Shown here piece after piece: positions 11,900-21,789 of a stretch of 42,573 nucleotides of DNA. The notes under the pieces are model-generated. The model did not search any database and was not told the origin of the DNA. It saw only the letters and a list, made by a program, of their open reading frames with translations. The DNA lies in assembly GCA_963803145.1 (NCBI GenBank), contig CAWDLW010000036.1, positions 1 to 42,573 on the forward strand, given 5' to 3'. Within the stretch, counting starts at the first letter, position 1. Every line of letters begins with the position of its first letter. Source of the DNA: Methanotrichaceae archaeon (lineage in GTDB: Archaea > Halobacteriota > Methanosarcinia > Methanotrichales > Methanotrichaceae). The translations under genes and the position numbers were made by a program.

Positions 11900-12094
11900 C
11901 TATGCGTCCAGATAGGATAGATCTTCGCTTTCAGCGATCTCTTTGGCAGTTTCAGGATCTACCTTGAACATTCCATATGTTCTCTTGACTGCACTCCTTA
12001 TTTCTATGTCCACCTCTTCGCCCTCTTTCAGATCCAGCTTTCCCATTGGCCGGAGGACACCGCCTTTATAAATTGCCTTAGTTCTTGTCTTCAC
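11900..12094 (-). CDS. AF2212/DUF104-like antitoxin
   Basis: GTG 12094: VKTRTKAIYKGGVLRPMGKLDLKEGEEVDIEI; directly upstream of vapC. Confidence 0.82.
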   Translation of the reverse strand: MKTRTKAIYKGGVLRPMGKLDLKEGEEVDIEIRSAVKRTYGMFKVDPETAKEIAESEDLSYLDA

Positions 12095-12166
12095 ACTTAG
12101 GAATGGGATACGTATAAATTTAAAGGTATGTCTCTGGATGGATGTAGTATAGAAGACACCGCCCGC

Positions 12167-12357
12167 CAGTCCAACATCGCTCATTATCTCCATCAGAATT
12201 CCCCGTCCGAGTTCTTCCCCCTGATGCACAGGGATTACTGTACTCCTGCTATCGGGGTGTTTCATAATGATGTGGCTGCCTCGCTGCCTGGCAGGCTGAA
12301 AGCCGATCTTGGCAAGAGCCTTTATCACAATCTCGGTTCAACAGGTCTAAACTTCAA
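12167..12357 (-). pseudogene. hicA: hicA toxin, frameshifted near the N-terminus and lacking its own stop
   Basis: TTG 12357 gives LKFRPVEPR, then a frameshift to VIKALAKIGFQPARQRGSHIIMKHPDSRSTVIPVHQGEELGRGIL. This frame reads on into the DUF104 gene. Confidence 0.78.
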
Positions 12358-12547
12358 CGACCTGCACTCCTACGAAGCTGGTTGCTGTGCTGCAACCTTC
12401 TGTTTCCAGATAAAGCAAAATAGCCTCTCTAATCCGGCTCATCAGCTCGTCAAGGCTCTTGGACTGAGTGTGACAGCCAGGTAGTTCGGGAACAATGGCA
12501 ATGTAATAGCCATCCTCGTCTCTTCTGACCACTACATCGAAACGCAT
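12347..12547 (-). CDS. hicB: HicB-family antitoxin
   Basis: MRFDVVVRRDEDGYYIAIVPELPGCHTQSKSLDELMSRIREAI. Confidence 0.92.
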   Translation of the reverse strand: MRFDVVVRRDEDGYYIAIVPELPGCHTQSKSLDELMSRIREAILLYLETEGCSTATSFVGVQVVEV

Positions 12548-12649
12548 GATCCAATATTATGCAAAATAGTTATATAAATGAATGTGTTGGTCTATCAGCT
12601 CGGTCATAGGCGCTCCTATTGCATCTCTATCATTTCCTAATTCTAACTG

Positions 12650-12975
12650 GAAGATCACAGATTTGCGCTTAACGTCGGTTACAGCTCGACCAACTACTAA
12701 CTCATCTTATGGAAAGCCACCTTTCCATTTATCCCAAGGCTGCACGTGTACATGAAGCCAGGCAATCGTTATCTTGAAATAGCCCTTGAAGATAAACTCA
12801 ACCTCAGCTTCTAAGACAGCTGGGGATTCCTGTCGCGTCTGGGCCTAGAGGGCGAGATCATCTCCACGCCGGGCACCCGGATGACAGAATCAGCCTGATC
12901 CTAGATGAGGGCATTGCTTCTTTCGGAGGCGACCTGCCCGGCTCTGCCTTGGGGAGAAGGCCCAATGCAGAAGGT
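12650..12975 (+). pseudogene. Degraded metallo-beta-lactamase-fold hydrolase fragment
   Basis: Fragments across frames: NVGYSSTNY*, FLSRLGLEGEIISTPG/HPDDRISLILDEGIA/GDLP (TPGH...GD-like motif); stops and frameshifts present. Confidence 0.55.
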
Positions 12976-12978
12976 CAT

Positions 12979-13304
12979 CTGGATATGGACTGGCTCAAAA
13001 GTCTTTCACAAAAAAAGTGGCCATCTCGATCCTTGTCAACATTCACAATGGATGCAAATGAACTTTTTCGTCTCTGGTGAGGCAGTACCTTTTCTTCTCG
13101 CGTTACCGTGCCTTCGTTGAATCGCTCGCAAGTGAGAATGCCAGCAGGCTGATGGCTATGCAAATGGCAGAGAGAAATATCGGAGAGCATCTGAATGAGC
13201 TTACAGTTCAATTTCACAGGCGACGGCAGGAGGCGATATCGGAAGAGCTGCTGGATGTGGTGACGGGGTTTGAGGCACTGACGGGGGGAGAGAGGAACGA
13301 GTAA
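12979..13304 (+). pseudogene. atpG: Duplicated 3' fragment of atpG (direct repeat of 9837-10163)
   Basis: Aligns by eye to 9837-10163 with one 1-nt deletion. The 3' half is nearly identical and the 5' half more diverged. Confidence 0.92.
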
Positions 13305-13444
13305 GCAAGAGTGAGTGTTACTGCAGTAAATAAGGTGCCAACTAATGGTGTTGCATTAGTGTGGTATGTAATACACGACAAAAATGTCACATTATTAAGT
13401 ATTTCTTTATAAAGACACGTTTCTCAAATATAAAGCCTTAGTTG

Positions 13445-14218
13445 TTATGCAGAGAGCTCTTCTAAAACATCCTGACGGTGTCCCCAAAGAACTGATCTTA
13501 TTTGATAAACATCGAACGATTCAATAACAGTAGGCGGCACTCCTTCAGCATCATTAATAATAGCATAAGCCCTTGAATTAGGTGGTCGAACTTCTCTCGT
13601 ATCGAGCCAAGAAAAGATGAAATTAGAGGCGATTCCCCTATTTGGCCTATTTATAGTTCGCAAAATACGTTCAGGTTCGTTATGCAATCTACTTGCAGGT
13701 ATAACAAAATCAAATTGATGATCGTATCCACTTACCCCAGTAAACTTCACATCTGGCGTATATCGGATATTATTCATATCTAACCAAGCAATGACATCTT
13801 CTTTAAATATACTAGCTATATTTGATTCGGATAAATAAAAAAGGTCATTTACAGCCAGCATTGCTTGAATAAGGTTGTGCTTGCGTAGAGAGAAATTATT
13901 ATGAGAGGCTTTAACTTCTAAAGCATCTCCTCTCCCTAGCCTCACACCAAATCCATTTAATGTGGTATGGAGTAAAGCAGTTCTTTTAGGACTCTCCAAA
14001 CTGCATCCAGACTGCTTTAAGTCTTCTATAATATAGCCGTCATCAGTGAGGATGTACTCTCCGTCTTTACTCTTGGTTATATATATTTGTAGATAATCAT
14101 TATGCCTATCTAAGTAAGGAGTTGTGATTTCGACCCAATCATCTATTTGGCGAAGAACACTCTTAGATTTCAGCCAATTAATATATTCATCAATTAACGC
14201 CTGTATTTCGCCAATCAT
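13445..14218 (-). CDS. DUF1828/DUF1829-type protein (C-terminal nuclease-like fold)
   Basis: [55 protein letters not shown]. Confidence 0.8.
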   Translation of the reverse strand: MIGEIQALIDEYINWLKSKSVLRQIDDWVEITTPYLDRHNDYLQIYITKSKDGEYILTDDGYIIEDLKQSGCSLESPKRTALLHTTLNGFGVRLGRGDALEVKASHNNFSLRKHNLIQAMLAVNDLFYLSESNIASIFKEDVIAWLDMNNIRYTPDVKFTGVSGYDHQFDFVIPASRLHNEPERILRTINRPNRGIASNFIFSWLDTREVRPPNSRAYAIINDAEGVPPTVIESFDVYQIRSVLWGHRQDVLEELSA

Positions 14219-14658
14219 TCCATTCCCCTCTGGATTTTTGGAGGTTTTACTATATTGCAGTACTCCATGAACTCATGGAGTGTTTGCCATGAATCCGACG
14301 GATTTGAGAATTTGCTAGGAAGGGGATAGGCCCATTTAGTCCCACATCCTTCTTTATAGATATGGAGATGTGGACAGGCGATTTCTTCGTCATCTGGATT
14401 TCGATGAGGGCTTCCATTTAAGTCAAGTCTTAGAAGAACAACTATTTGCCTCCCTCGATTTTGATATTTAATTTTTGATAAGTCTATTCTGCCTCTATAA
14501 ATATCAAGAAGGAAGAGTTCCTGGTGGTCGTTGGAGACCAAAGACAAATTTAATGAATTGCCCCCGCCAGGAAAATAACTTAATTCATCATTGATCCTCT
14601 CCTTGGGCATTGAAATTAGATTATCGGCTTCTTCTTGGGGCAGATCTGCATCTGACAT
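14215..14658 (-). CDS. DUF6978-like protein
   Basis: [30 protein letters not shown]...WAYP; ATGA-coupled to the DUF1828/1829 gene. Confidence 0.72.
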   Translation of the reverse strand: MSDADLPQEEADNLISMPKERINDELSYFPGGGNSLNLSLVSNDHQELFLLDIYRGRIDLSKIKYQNRGRQIVVLLRLDLNGSPHRNPDDEEIACPHLHIYKEGCGTKWAYPLPSKFSNPSDSWQTLHEFMEYCNIVKPPKIQRGME

Positions 14659-15031
14659 AGCTCTTACCTTTATACTTCAAGGAGTTAAGATATCTATTCC
14701 ATGAGCGGCGTGAAAGTATTAGCTCTTGCTCTGCTTCTCTATCCACACCTTAATGCCTTCCACACCTTATCCGTATAAATACTTTTCAGCAAAAAGTACC
14801 TAAGTGTATAAAACTCATCCATTCATATGTTTGGGATGAGTCTACAAAATATACCCAAATCCACTGTATGTAACAGTACTCTCACGGAAAAGGTATCCTT
14901 ACTAATGAAAGCTGGAAATCAGGCTTTGATTTAGTCTCAAGGAATATAAGGCCAGCAGTAAAGATAATTTGATAAAATCCCCAAACAGAAAACGTTTATA
15001 GAATCAATCCTTTAACCTCCTGAGTGATTTA

Positions 15032-16247
15032 ATGAAGCCAGAAGCTATTTTATGCATCGTTCTACTTTCGCTGCTTATTCCATCCGCTGTGGCCACAAAC
15101 CAGGCCGCATCAGCTAAAAATCTAGCCTACATCACCGAGCAGTTCCCCCCATTTAGCTACCAGGAAGACGGCAAGCTGCAGGGCATCTCCGTAGATCTGC
15201 TGGATAAGATGCTTGGGCATATGAATATGACCTTGAACAGAAGCGAGATCAAGCTTCTTCCTTGGGATCAGGGCTATCAGAAGGCGCTGCAGGATAACAG
15301 CACCGTCATCTTCTCAACAGGACGTATTCCCGAGAGAGAGGCATTATTCAAATGGGTGGGACCGATCAGCTCCATAAAGGTCGTGCTCTTTGCTTTGAAT
15401 GAGAAACATATCAAAATCAATTCACCCCCGTGATTTGAGGACGCTGAAAATAGGCGTTACCAAAGACTCCGCAGAAGGGCCTCTTGTGATAAAAGCCGGA
15501 GCAAATCCAGGCAATCTCGTGGAGAGGAATAATACCACTGAAATTATAGATATGCTGAAGGCCGGAACTATCGATGCCTGGGCTTATCCCGATCTGGTAG
15601 GGATGTGGTTGGCAAATAAATCAGGCCTGAATGCCAGTGATTACGAGATTGTCTATGAGCTGGAGAAGGAAACGCCTCTTTATTATGCGTTTGACAGGAA
15701 TACCTCAAACTCAACAGTGCAGGCGTTCCAGGCGGCTTTAATCCAGACAAAGAAGGGAAAAGAAGCCAGTGGTGTCAGCGATTTCGAGATGGTTCTTTAC
15801 AGATACCTGCCGGTGCTGTACGGCAGGAGCAATTTGTCCGCTCATCAGATCATGGATATTGTAAACAAGACCTCTGCAGATATTGAGAGGAATACTTCCA
15901 GCGCTTTTATCAATATATCAGTTGGCGACCGCGCCTACAAAGATAATCCTGATATAGCCCTCTTCGTCGTTGATACTAAAGCGACAGTTATGGCCCACTC
16001 CAGCCGCCCTGAGCTGGTGGGATCAAACGAGACAAACAGGGCTGATGTGAGCGGAAAGAGGTTCATAGAGGCAATAGTCGTGGGAGCCCTGAAGAATGGA
16101 GTTGGTCAGGAAGACTATATTTATTCAGATCCAAACAAGACAGGACTCTATTACAAAACTGCCTATTATAAGCTGACCAGGGGAAGCGATGGCCGGGAGT
16201 ACATAGTGGGCTGCATCGATTATACGCAAGAAGGATCGAAGGGCTGA
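15032..16247 (+). pseudogene. Secreted solute-binding (SBP family 3) plus Cache-like domain protein, split by a frameshift at a C5 run (15425-15429)
   Basis: Signal peptide, TEQFPPFSY, GISVDL, PWDQG, REALFKWVGP in 15032-15433; continues in 15399-16247 with LYYAF and a Cache-like DVSGKRFI...YIVG. Removing one C joins the two frames. Confidence 0.8.
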
Positions 16248-16628
16248 TGATCAACTTGTGGAGAGCTTCTCTCAGCCTTTTACCTTATTTTTCGTTCCAT
16301 AATCCCAAATTCATCTATGCGTTCTTTGCAGCGGATAGTTCACCATCTGTTTATATCACAGATGGATATTCTCTTCTGGATATGAGGAAGCATTCATCAT
16401 ATTCCAATCAACCTTATAGCTTATCGTTTTCCAAAGCCTTCCCCCGCAGAGGGGTTAGGGGCTGCTCGCATGGCGACTGAGCGCGCTATGAAGCTTTATT
16501 TTATTCCATTTCGAGTCAAAAACTTAAAAATTGAGGCCCCAGGATCGAGAATGTCCCTGGCTGATGAAAAGCACATGCTCACAGATAACTAGACTAGAAA
16601 GCTGTGGGATGACTAGCCTGTGAAGGAG

Positions 16629-16784
16629 TTATCCTTCGATTTTAACACTACGCCTCTCGAAGAACTCTCTCAAGGCCTCTTCGACCACCAGGCTTTGAGC
16701 ATGCATGCTGCTTTTGGTTTGTACAGTATATATCTTCAGGGCTTTTGCCACTGGTTCAGATAATGTCAATGTCGTCTTAAGCAT
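16629..16784 (-). CDS. RHH paralogue 1 (51 aa, CopG/MetJ-like)
   Basis: MLKTTLTLSEPVAKALKIYTVQTKSSMHAQSLVVEEALREFFERRSVKIEG*; below the ORF-track size cut-off. Confidence 0.85.
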   Translation of the reverse strand: MLKTTLTLSEPVAKALKIYTVQTKSSMHAQSLVVEEALREFFERRSVKIEG

Positions 16785-16821
16785 AAACATTGATTATTAA
16801 GCTTTAAGTTTATATAGATTA

Positions 16822-16845
16822 CGGTACTTCGATACTTTGATACCA
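16822..16845 (-). promoter_or_regulatory. Triple 8-bp box, copy 1 (TGGTATCA AAGTATCG AAGTACCG), between divergent TATA-like boxes
   Basis: 37 nt upstream of the RHH1 ATG; flanked by AAAGCTTT and TATATAAA. Confidence 0.7.
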
Positions 16846-16905
16846 AAAGCTTTATATTTAAAGATGCCGTATTAGTGTTAGAAAAATAAATGGAGACTTA
16901 AAAAA

Positions 16906-17235
16906 ATGATAAATGAAAATGTAGAGATGGCAATGGCTGATGCAAAGAAAGGGATGTCCGATATAGGGAATAAAATGGCCCATGCAAGGGCTGATGCAAA
17001 GGCTGATGTAGAGAAGGTTAAGGCCAATTTTGGGCATAGTGGGGCAGAGAAGAAGGTAGCTTATGAGAAGGCCGACATAAAGGCTAATGCAGAGAAGGCA
17101 AAGTCTAATGTAAAGAATAGGATTGCTCATGCAAAGGCGGATGCTGACATAAAGGCTAATGTAGAGAATGAGATTGCTCATGAAAAGGCTGATGCAGAGA
17201 AGAGAAAGGCCGAAGAAATGGCTAGCAAACAGTAA
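16906..17235 (+). CDS. Ala/Lys-rich repetitive (LEA/hydrophilin-like) protein, paralogue A
   Basis: Repeats such as AHAKADA and KADIKANAEKAK; divergent from RHH1; paralogue of 37927-38220. Confidence 0.8.
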   Translation: MINENVEMAMADAKKGMSDIGNKMAHARADAKADVEKVKANFGHSGAEKKVAYEKADIKANAEKAKSNVKNRIAHAKADADIKANVENEIAHEKADAEKRKAEEMASKQ

Positions 17236-17329
17236 TTAATCAATCCCCCAATAGCATGAATTGCCTGAAGGAGATGAGGAGATCACGGCAAGGGTATCCT
17301 CCCCTCCCGGCGTGATATAAGAGGTAAAA

Positions 17330-17476
17330 ATGTCAAAGATCGAAGAAAGGATGGCGACAGTACGCGGACTCGAATCAGTGGTGAGCGATACTGCAAATGA
17401 CGCCATAACTAGAAAAATAGCGTTTGACAGAATTATCAACCTGCGGCTCCTCATCCAGAGCCAGCAAGGTAATTGA
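17330..17476 (+). CDS. Small hypothetical protein (48 aa)
   Basis: GAGGT RBS, then MSKIEERMATVRGLESVVSDTANDAITRKIAFDRIINLRLLIQSQQGN*. Confidence 0.55.
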   Translation: MSKIEERMATVRGLESVVSDTANDAITRKIAFDRIINLRLLIQSQQGN

Positions 17477-17835
17477 AAGTAGTGAAGAGCTGAACGGATT
17501 TAGGGAGGGACCTATGCGTTTCCCTCCAGCTCCAAGACCAAAAGGATCTATCTTTTATTTTCATAAACACATGAAAATTATTTTCTGTAGTGCCCTAGGA
17601 TCAACGATTTCATAGCAGGATGGATAAAAACATAGGGCTTGAAGCGCCTAGGATGACCTGGCGCAAAAATCCCGTAGGATATGGCAAGCAGAGGCGAAAG
17701 GATGGAGCGAAGCGTCTAATTTACCGAACTAGAGGGCAAGAAATTATACATATGAGTTCATACTGTTCTAGATAGATATTAATGGTTTAAGAGAGTAACA
17801 ACTAAAGAAGTTCAAGGGACAATGGTGATAGCAAC

Positions 17836-18048
17836 ATGCCGACACATGAAGAGAACGTCCAGATTCTTGAAGAGAGGATCAAGGAGTTGCAGGATAGACT
17901 CAGAATATCAGATGAAAAACTAAGGATGTCTATGGAAAAAAAGCTAAGGATATCTGAGGATAGGGTTAAGGCCTTGCAAAATAAAATTAGGCTTCTGGAT
18001 AAACATATCAAGGAGCTGGATGAAGAGATAGATAACCTCACAAAATAA
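17836..18048 (+). CDS. Small coiled-coil protein (paralogue of 21514-21789)
   Basis: EENVQILEERIKELQDRLRISDEKL...KKLRISE...NKI...KHIKEL. Confidence 0.75.
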   Translation: MPTHEENVQILEERIKELQDRLRISDEKLRMSMEKKLRISEDRVKALQNKIRLLDKHIKELDEEIDNLTK

Positions 18049-18165
18049 ATTGTTAATCGATATTAGACGAGATTTTCAGGATATATAAATAAAAGCAAAC
18101 GCTCATCGAGGGTCATGGTCGCTAGAGATTTACCATTGATTCATATGCTCAACTAAAAAGAAAGT

Positions 18166-20043
18166 TTACAGGCGATTCTTGGATGGCTGATACTTGCTCA
18201 GCACCTCTGCCAGCCCATCTATCGCAACCGGCTTTGCAATATAATCATCCATGCCTGCTTCGATGCATCTTTCTCTATCCCCTTCGAGGGCATGTGCTGT
18301 AAGAGCAATTATCCTCGGACCGTCGTTGGGCCAGAGCTTTCGTATCTCTTTAGTAGCTTCCAGGCCATCGGTATCCGGCATCTGTACATCCATTAGTATG
18401 AGATCATAGTGCTGGCGCTCTAAAGATTCTATTGCCTCCCTGCCGCTCGCTACAGCCTCTGCCGTGTATCCCAGCTTTTTGAGCATGCGCAAAGTCACAG
18501 CCTGATTGACCTGGTTGTCCTCGGCCAACATAACTCGGCAGCTCCTCACAGGAACATTTTCGGGCATGTTCGTCTGCATAGCAAGCTCTGAATTATCAGG
18601 AAGCCTGTCAGGAAGATCCTCAGCGACTATCGTGAAATGGAATGTAGAACTCCTGCCCACCTCGGATTCCACCCAGATTTTTCCTCCCATCAACTCAACG
18701 AGCCCTCTTGAGATAGCTAGGCCAAGACCAGTGCCGCCATACTTGCGAGTATTCGACATATCCACCTGGCTGAAAGGCTTGAAAAGCTTCGATATATCGT
18801 TCTCAAATATGCCGATGCCTGTATCTTTGATAGAGAAGAGGATCTTCTCCCGGCCATTCTCAAGACTGCAGCCTGACACCGAAACATCGATCCTACCTTT
18901 ATCAGTAAATTTTATGGCGTTGTCCAAAAGGTTCAATAGAACCTGTCGGAGCCTCTTTTGATCGCTTATAATAGTCTTAGGGGCGCTTCCATCTATGGAG
19001 TAAGTAATATCCAGGCCCTTCGCCCTGGCCTTAGGAGATAGTAGGTTCACCGCATCATTAATACTTCCTCTCAGATTGAAGGGCTTCTTTTCCAGACCTA
19101 CTTTTTCGCTCTCCATTTTGGTGAAGTTCAGGATATCATTTATAACGGTCAGAAGAGATTCGCTACTGCTTTGAATAACAGCGACACATTCAAGTTGCTC
19201 GGAGCTAAGTCCCCCTATAGCCAGCAGGCTGGCCATCCCCAGGACACCATTCAGAGGAGTGCGAAGCTCATGGCTCATGACAGCTAAGAACTCGGATTTT
19301 GCATGCAAAGCTGCCTCTGCGATATCCTTTGCGACCATAAGATCTTTCTCTATCTTCTCATGCTCTGAGATCTCCACCTGAAGATCTTCATTAGTCACTT
19401 CGAGGTTCTCTTTGGCATCGGATAGCTCAGCGGTCCTCTCCTGGACCCGGAGCTCCAGCACGTCCCGGGCTTTTCTAAGCTCCTCCTCCATCAGCCTGCG
19501 TTTTGTGATATCGATAACCGCCATCTGGAAGCCCTGACAGATGTTCCCTTGCATCGCCTGAGCCTCTATTAACACCCAATGATGAGCATCCCTGTTCCTT
19601 ACGGTGTAATTTAGTTCGAACTCAGCAGCCTGCTTTTCGCCTGACTCCAAAACATGACTGCAAAAGGAATTGAACTCCTGAGTATAGTTCTTGTCTAAGT
19701 ATGCTTGAAATCGGTTGTTCACCAGGTATACCCGTTCCGTTCCCAGGAGAGATGCGCTTGTGAGATTTGCCTCCAGAATCTTACCGGAACCATCCAGGGT
19801 CAAATAGCCGATAGGGGCGAACTCGTAAAGATCCCGATACTTACTCTCGGATACTGCAAGTTCTGCCTGCAACCGCCGGAGCTCCTCGTTCTGCATCTTC
19901 AGCTCAATCTGGTGGACCTGCAGCTCATTGATCAGCGCCAGAGAATCCCCGTCCACCATTTCTTTGGAACCGGCCTGACCGGCTCTCTTATTCAAACTAT
20001 CCTCTGCTTTTTGGCGCAAATCGTCCTTCGGATTCGGCTTCAT
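18166..20043 (-). CDS. Cytoplasmic hybrid histidine kinase (PAS-HisKA-HATPase-REC)
   Basis: ELQVHQIELKMQNEELR, PAS domain, KSEFLAVMSHELRTPL, NLLDNAIKFT, DTGIG, GGTGLGL, AEDNQVNQ, LMDVQMP. Confidence 0.95.
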   Translation of the reverse strand: MKPNPKDDLRQKAEDSLNKRAGQAGSKEMVDGDSLALINELQVHQIELKMQNEELRRLQAELAVSESKYRDLYEFAPIGYLTLDGSGKILEANLTSASLLGTERVYLVNNRFQAYLDKNYTQEFNSFCSHVLESGEKQAAEFELNYTVRNRDAHHWVLIEAQAMQGNICQGFQMAVIDITKRRLMEEELRKARDVLELRVQERTAELSDAKENLEVTNEDLQVEISEHEKIEKDLMVAKDIAEAALHAKSEFLAVMSHELRTPLNGVLGMASLLAIGGLSSEQLECVAVIQSSSESLLTVINDILNFTKMESEKVGLEKKPFNLRGSINDAVNLLSPKARAKGLDITYSIDGSAPKTIISDQKRLRQVLLNLLDNAIKFTDKGRIDVSVSGCSLENGREKILFSIKDTGIGIFENDISKLFKPFSQVDMSNTRKYGGTGLGLAISRGLVELMGGKIWVESEVGRSSTFHFTIVAEDLPDRLPDNSELAMQTNMPENVPVRSCRVMLAEDNQVNQAVTLRMLKKLGYTAEAVASGREAIESLERQHYDLILMDVQMPDTDGLEATKEIRKLWPNDGPRIIALTAHALEGDRERCIEAGMDDYIAKPVAIDGLAEVLSKYQPSKNRL

Positions 20044-20044
20044 G

Positions 20045-20054
20045 CCCCCCCCCC
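20045..20054 (-). repeat. G10 homopolymer immediately upstream of the kinase start codon
   Basis: The + strand reads CATG CCCCCCCCCC AAAAAG. Confidence 0.9.
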
Positions 20055-20738
20055 AAAAAGATAGTTAGCACTTCTTGACTAATCTGACGCTGCCCAAGGC
20101 AGTCCTGAAGTATCTCGGCTGCTATTATCGGGATAGCCAAGGCCGTTTGCACGAAGAATATCTATACAATCCGAAATCCCTGAGATTCTTTGAGAGTGAT
20201 TATTGCGAGGCATGTGCTATTGCTCCTATGGAAGTTTCCATCAGTATAATCGTAATAGTTCAAGAACATATCGTTGCTTAGAATATCTGTTGGAACTTCT
20301 ATTCTCCAATGGCTTGATACGTATCCTTCATCATCTCCACTAGCACCGAAAACACTGCCGCCTCCAGGGGGATCATCTAGCGCATAGAATGCCTCGCTTG
20401 AGTGTTTCTTGGCCATCTCAGCAAAATCCTCTGTCCGTAGATCTAATCCACCTTCTTCAGGGCCCTTGAAGCCTTCAGCCACCTGGCCGAGACATCCTTC
20501 ACGCCCATCCCTCACGCTTTGGAAGCTCCTGTCACATGGCTATTCACCCAAGGCAGGTAGGCTATTCCTACTCACCAGATCAATCCTCATGAGATTTAAT
20601 CCATTCAAAAACAAATGCATCTCCCCTCAAGCCTTCTCCATAAGCGTCACATAGTATTCAGCATTGAACCTCGAAGCCACTTTGGCCGGAAAAATTATTA
20701 GGAAGACAGACCAAACAATGTAAAGTGGAGGAAAAACA

Positions 20739-21053
20739 TTGGCATATACAGGAATGTTCAATATTAAGAAGATCGGAGAAATAAAGATCGGAACTGTTTA
20801 TTGGATAGACCGGCCGGACCTGCGGTGGGGGCCTGATCAAAAAATGGCAACATCCGACCCAAACCATCCGCCAATGATATGCATAGGAGCTGGAACTAAA
20901 TTCACACTCATCGAAAAAGATAAAATACTTGAGCTCGCGCAAAAACTCAGAGCTGCTAATGAGGATGTGGAACTTGGTAGTATAAAACTTCCTAAAGAGG
21001 CACTCAAAGAAGTATCCCTCGAACTTGAGGCACGGTCAAAGCAGCACTTCTAG
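20739..21053 (+). CDS. Hypothetical protein
   Basis: 104-aa ORF with a GGAGG RBS before the TTG start. Confidence 0.55.
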   Translation: MAYTGMFNIKKIGEIKIGTVYWIDRPDLRWGPDQKMATSDPNHPPMICIGAGTKFTLIEKDKILELAQKLRAANEDVELGSIKLPKEALKEVSLELEARSKQHF

Positions 21054-21513
21054 GTTCCTCTCTAAACTAATTTCCCAAAAATATCATTGGTCCAGGCATA
21101 GAATCTCCGGCTTTTCTCCAGATTATTGCCCCAAATTTGGAGAAGAGAATCACGGTTTTTGGGGCAGAACATATTCCGGAGCCGTGATAACCAAGAGTCT
21201 CCCCAGTCAGGCAGCTACCAACCGCTAATGACAACGTGGCCATTGAACTCAGGATCGGGCTGTATGCATCCTCGAATCAACTCGCAGATAGTCCAGACCT
21301 TATCCTCGGTTACGCCCACTATCATTGTACGTGCTCGGCCATGAGGGAACTTAACACAATTCTCAGCGACTTTAGTTTCGCTATCAATCTCAAAAGCTTC
21401 CGGCTTCGCAGTATAGACCTTTAGAATCACAAAATGAGGATTTGAAAAATGAAAAATGATAATAGAAAATATGAATTCAGTTTGAAAACCTAAGAAGTCG
21501 GTATATCGTAGTA

Positions 21514-21789
21514 TTAGGTTTTCTCTGTAGGCATTTGCGTTGATGTGAGAAGGCGGATATCCAGCTCGCCCTCAAGTTCATCTATATGCTTATTCAATTG
21601 CTCAATTTTATTATTCAAGACCTTAACCTTCTCCTCAGATATCTTGAGCTTTTTTTCTTGGGACTCTTTTAGCTTTTCATCCGATATTCTCAGCCGCTCT
21701 ATCAATTCCTTAATCCTATCCTCAAGAATCTGAACGTCTTCTTCAGATGTCGATATATCTACCACCATTATCTTTTGATACTCGCTCAC
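21514..21789 (-). CDS. Small coiled-coil protein (paralogue of 17836-18048)
   Basis: EEDVQILEDRIKELIERLRISDEKL...KKLKISE...NKI...KHIDEL; start uncertain. Confidence 0.75.
   Translation of the reverse strand: MSEYQKIMVVDISTSEEDVQILEDRIKELIERLRISDEKLKESQEKKLKISEEKVKVLNNKIEQLNKHIDELEGELDIRLLTSTQMPTEKT

Noticed and set aside
14775-14815. AAGTACCTAAGTGTATAAAAC as an eleventh operator copy
   Set aside because: Only one box and a TATA-like sequence match, too weak in AT-rich DNA without a PWM scan.
17268-17308. Possible stem-loop (GGAG..GAGGA / TCCTC..CTCC) as an ncRNA or terminator
   Set aside because: Short, imperfect pairing, no U-tract and no second copy to support it.
20162-20515. 117-aa minus-strand ORF upstream of the kinase as a signalling gene
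   Set aside because: No recognisable motif, and it overlaps other equally weak ORFs.
21215-21430. ORF starting MILKVYTAK as a ninth RHH copy
   Set aside because: Only LKVYTA matches; there is no beta-strand, helix 2 or upstream box triplet.
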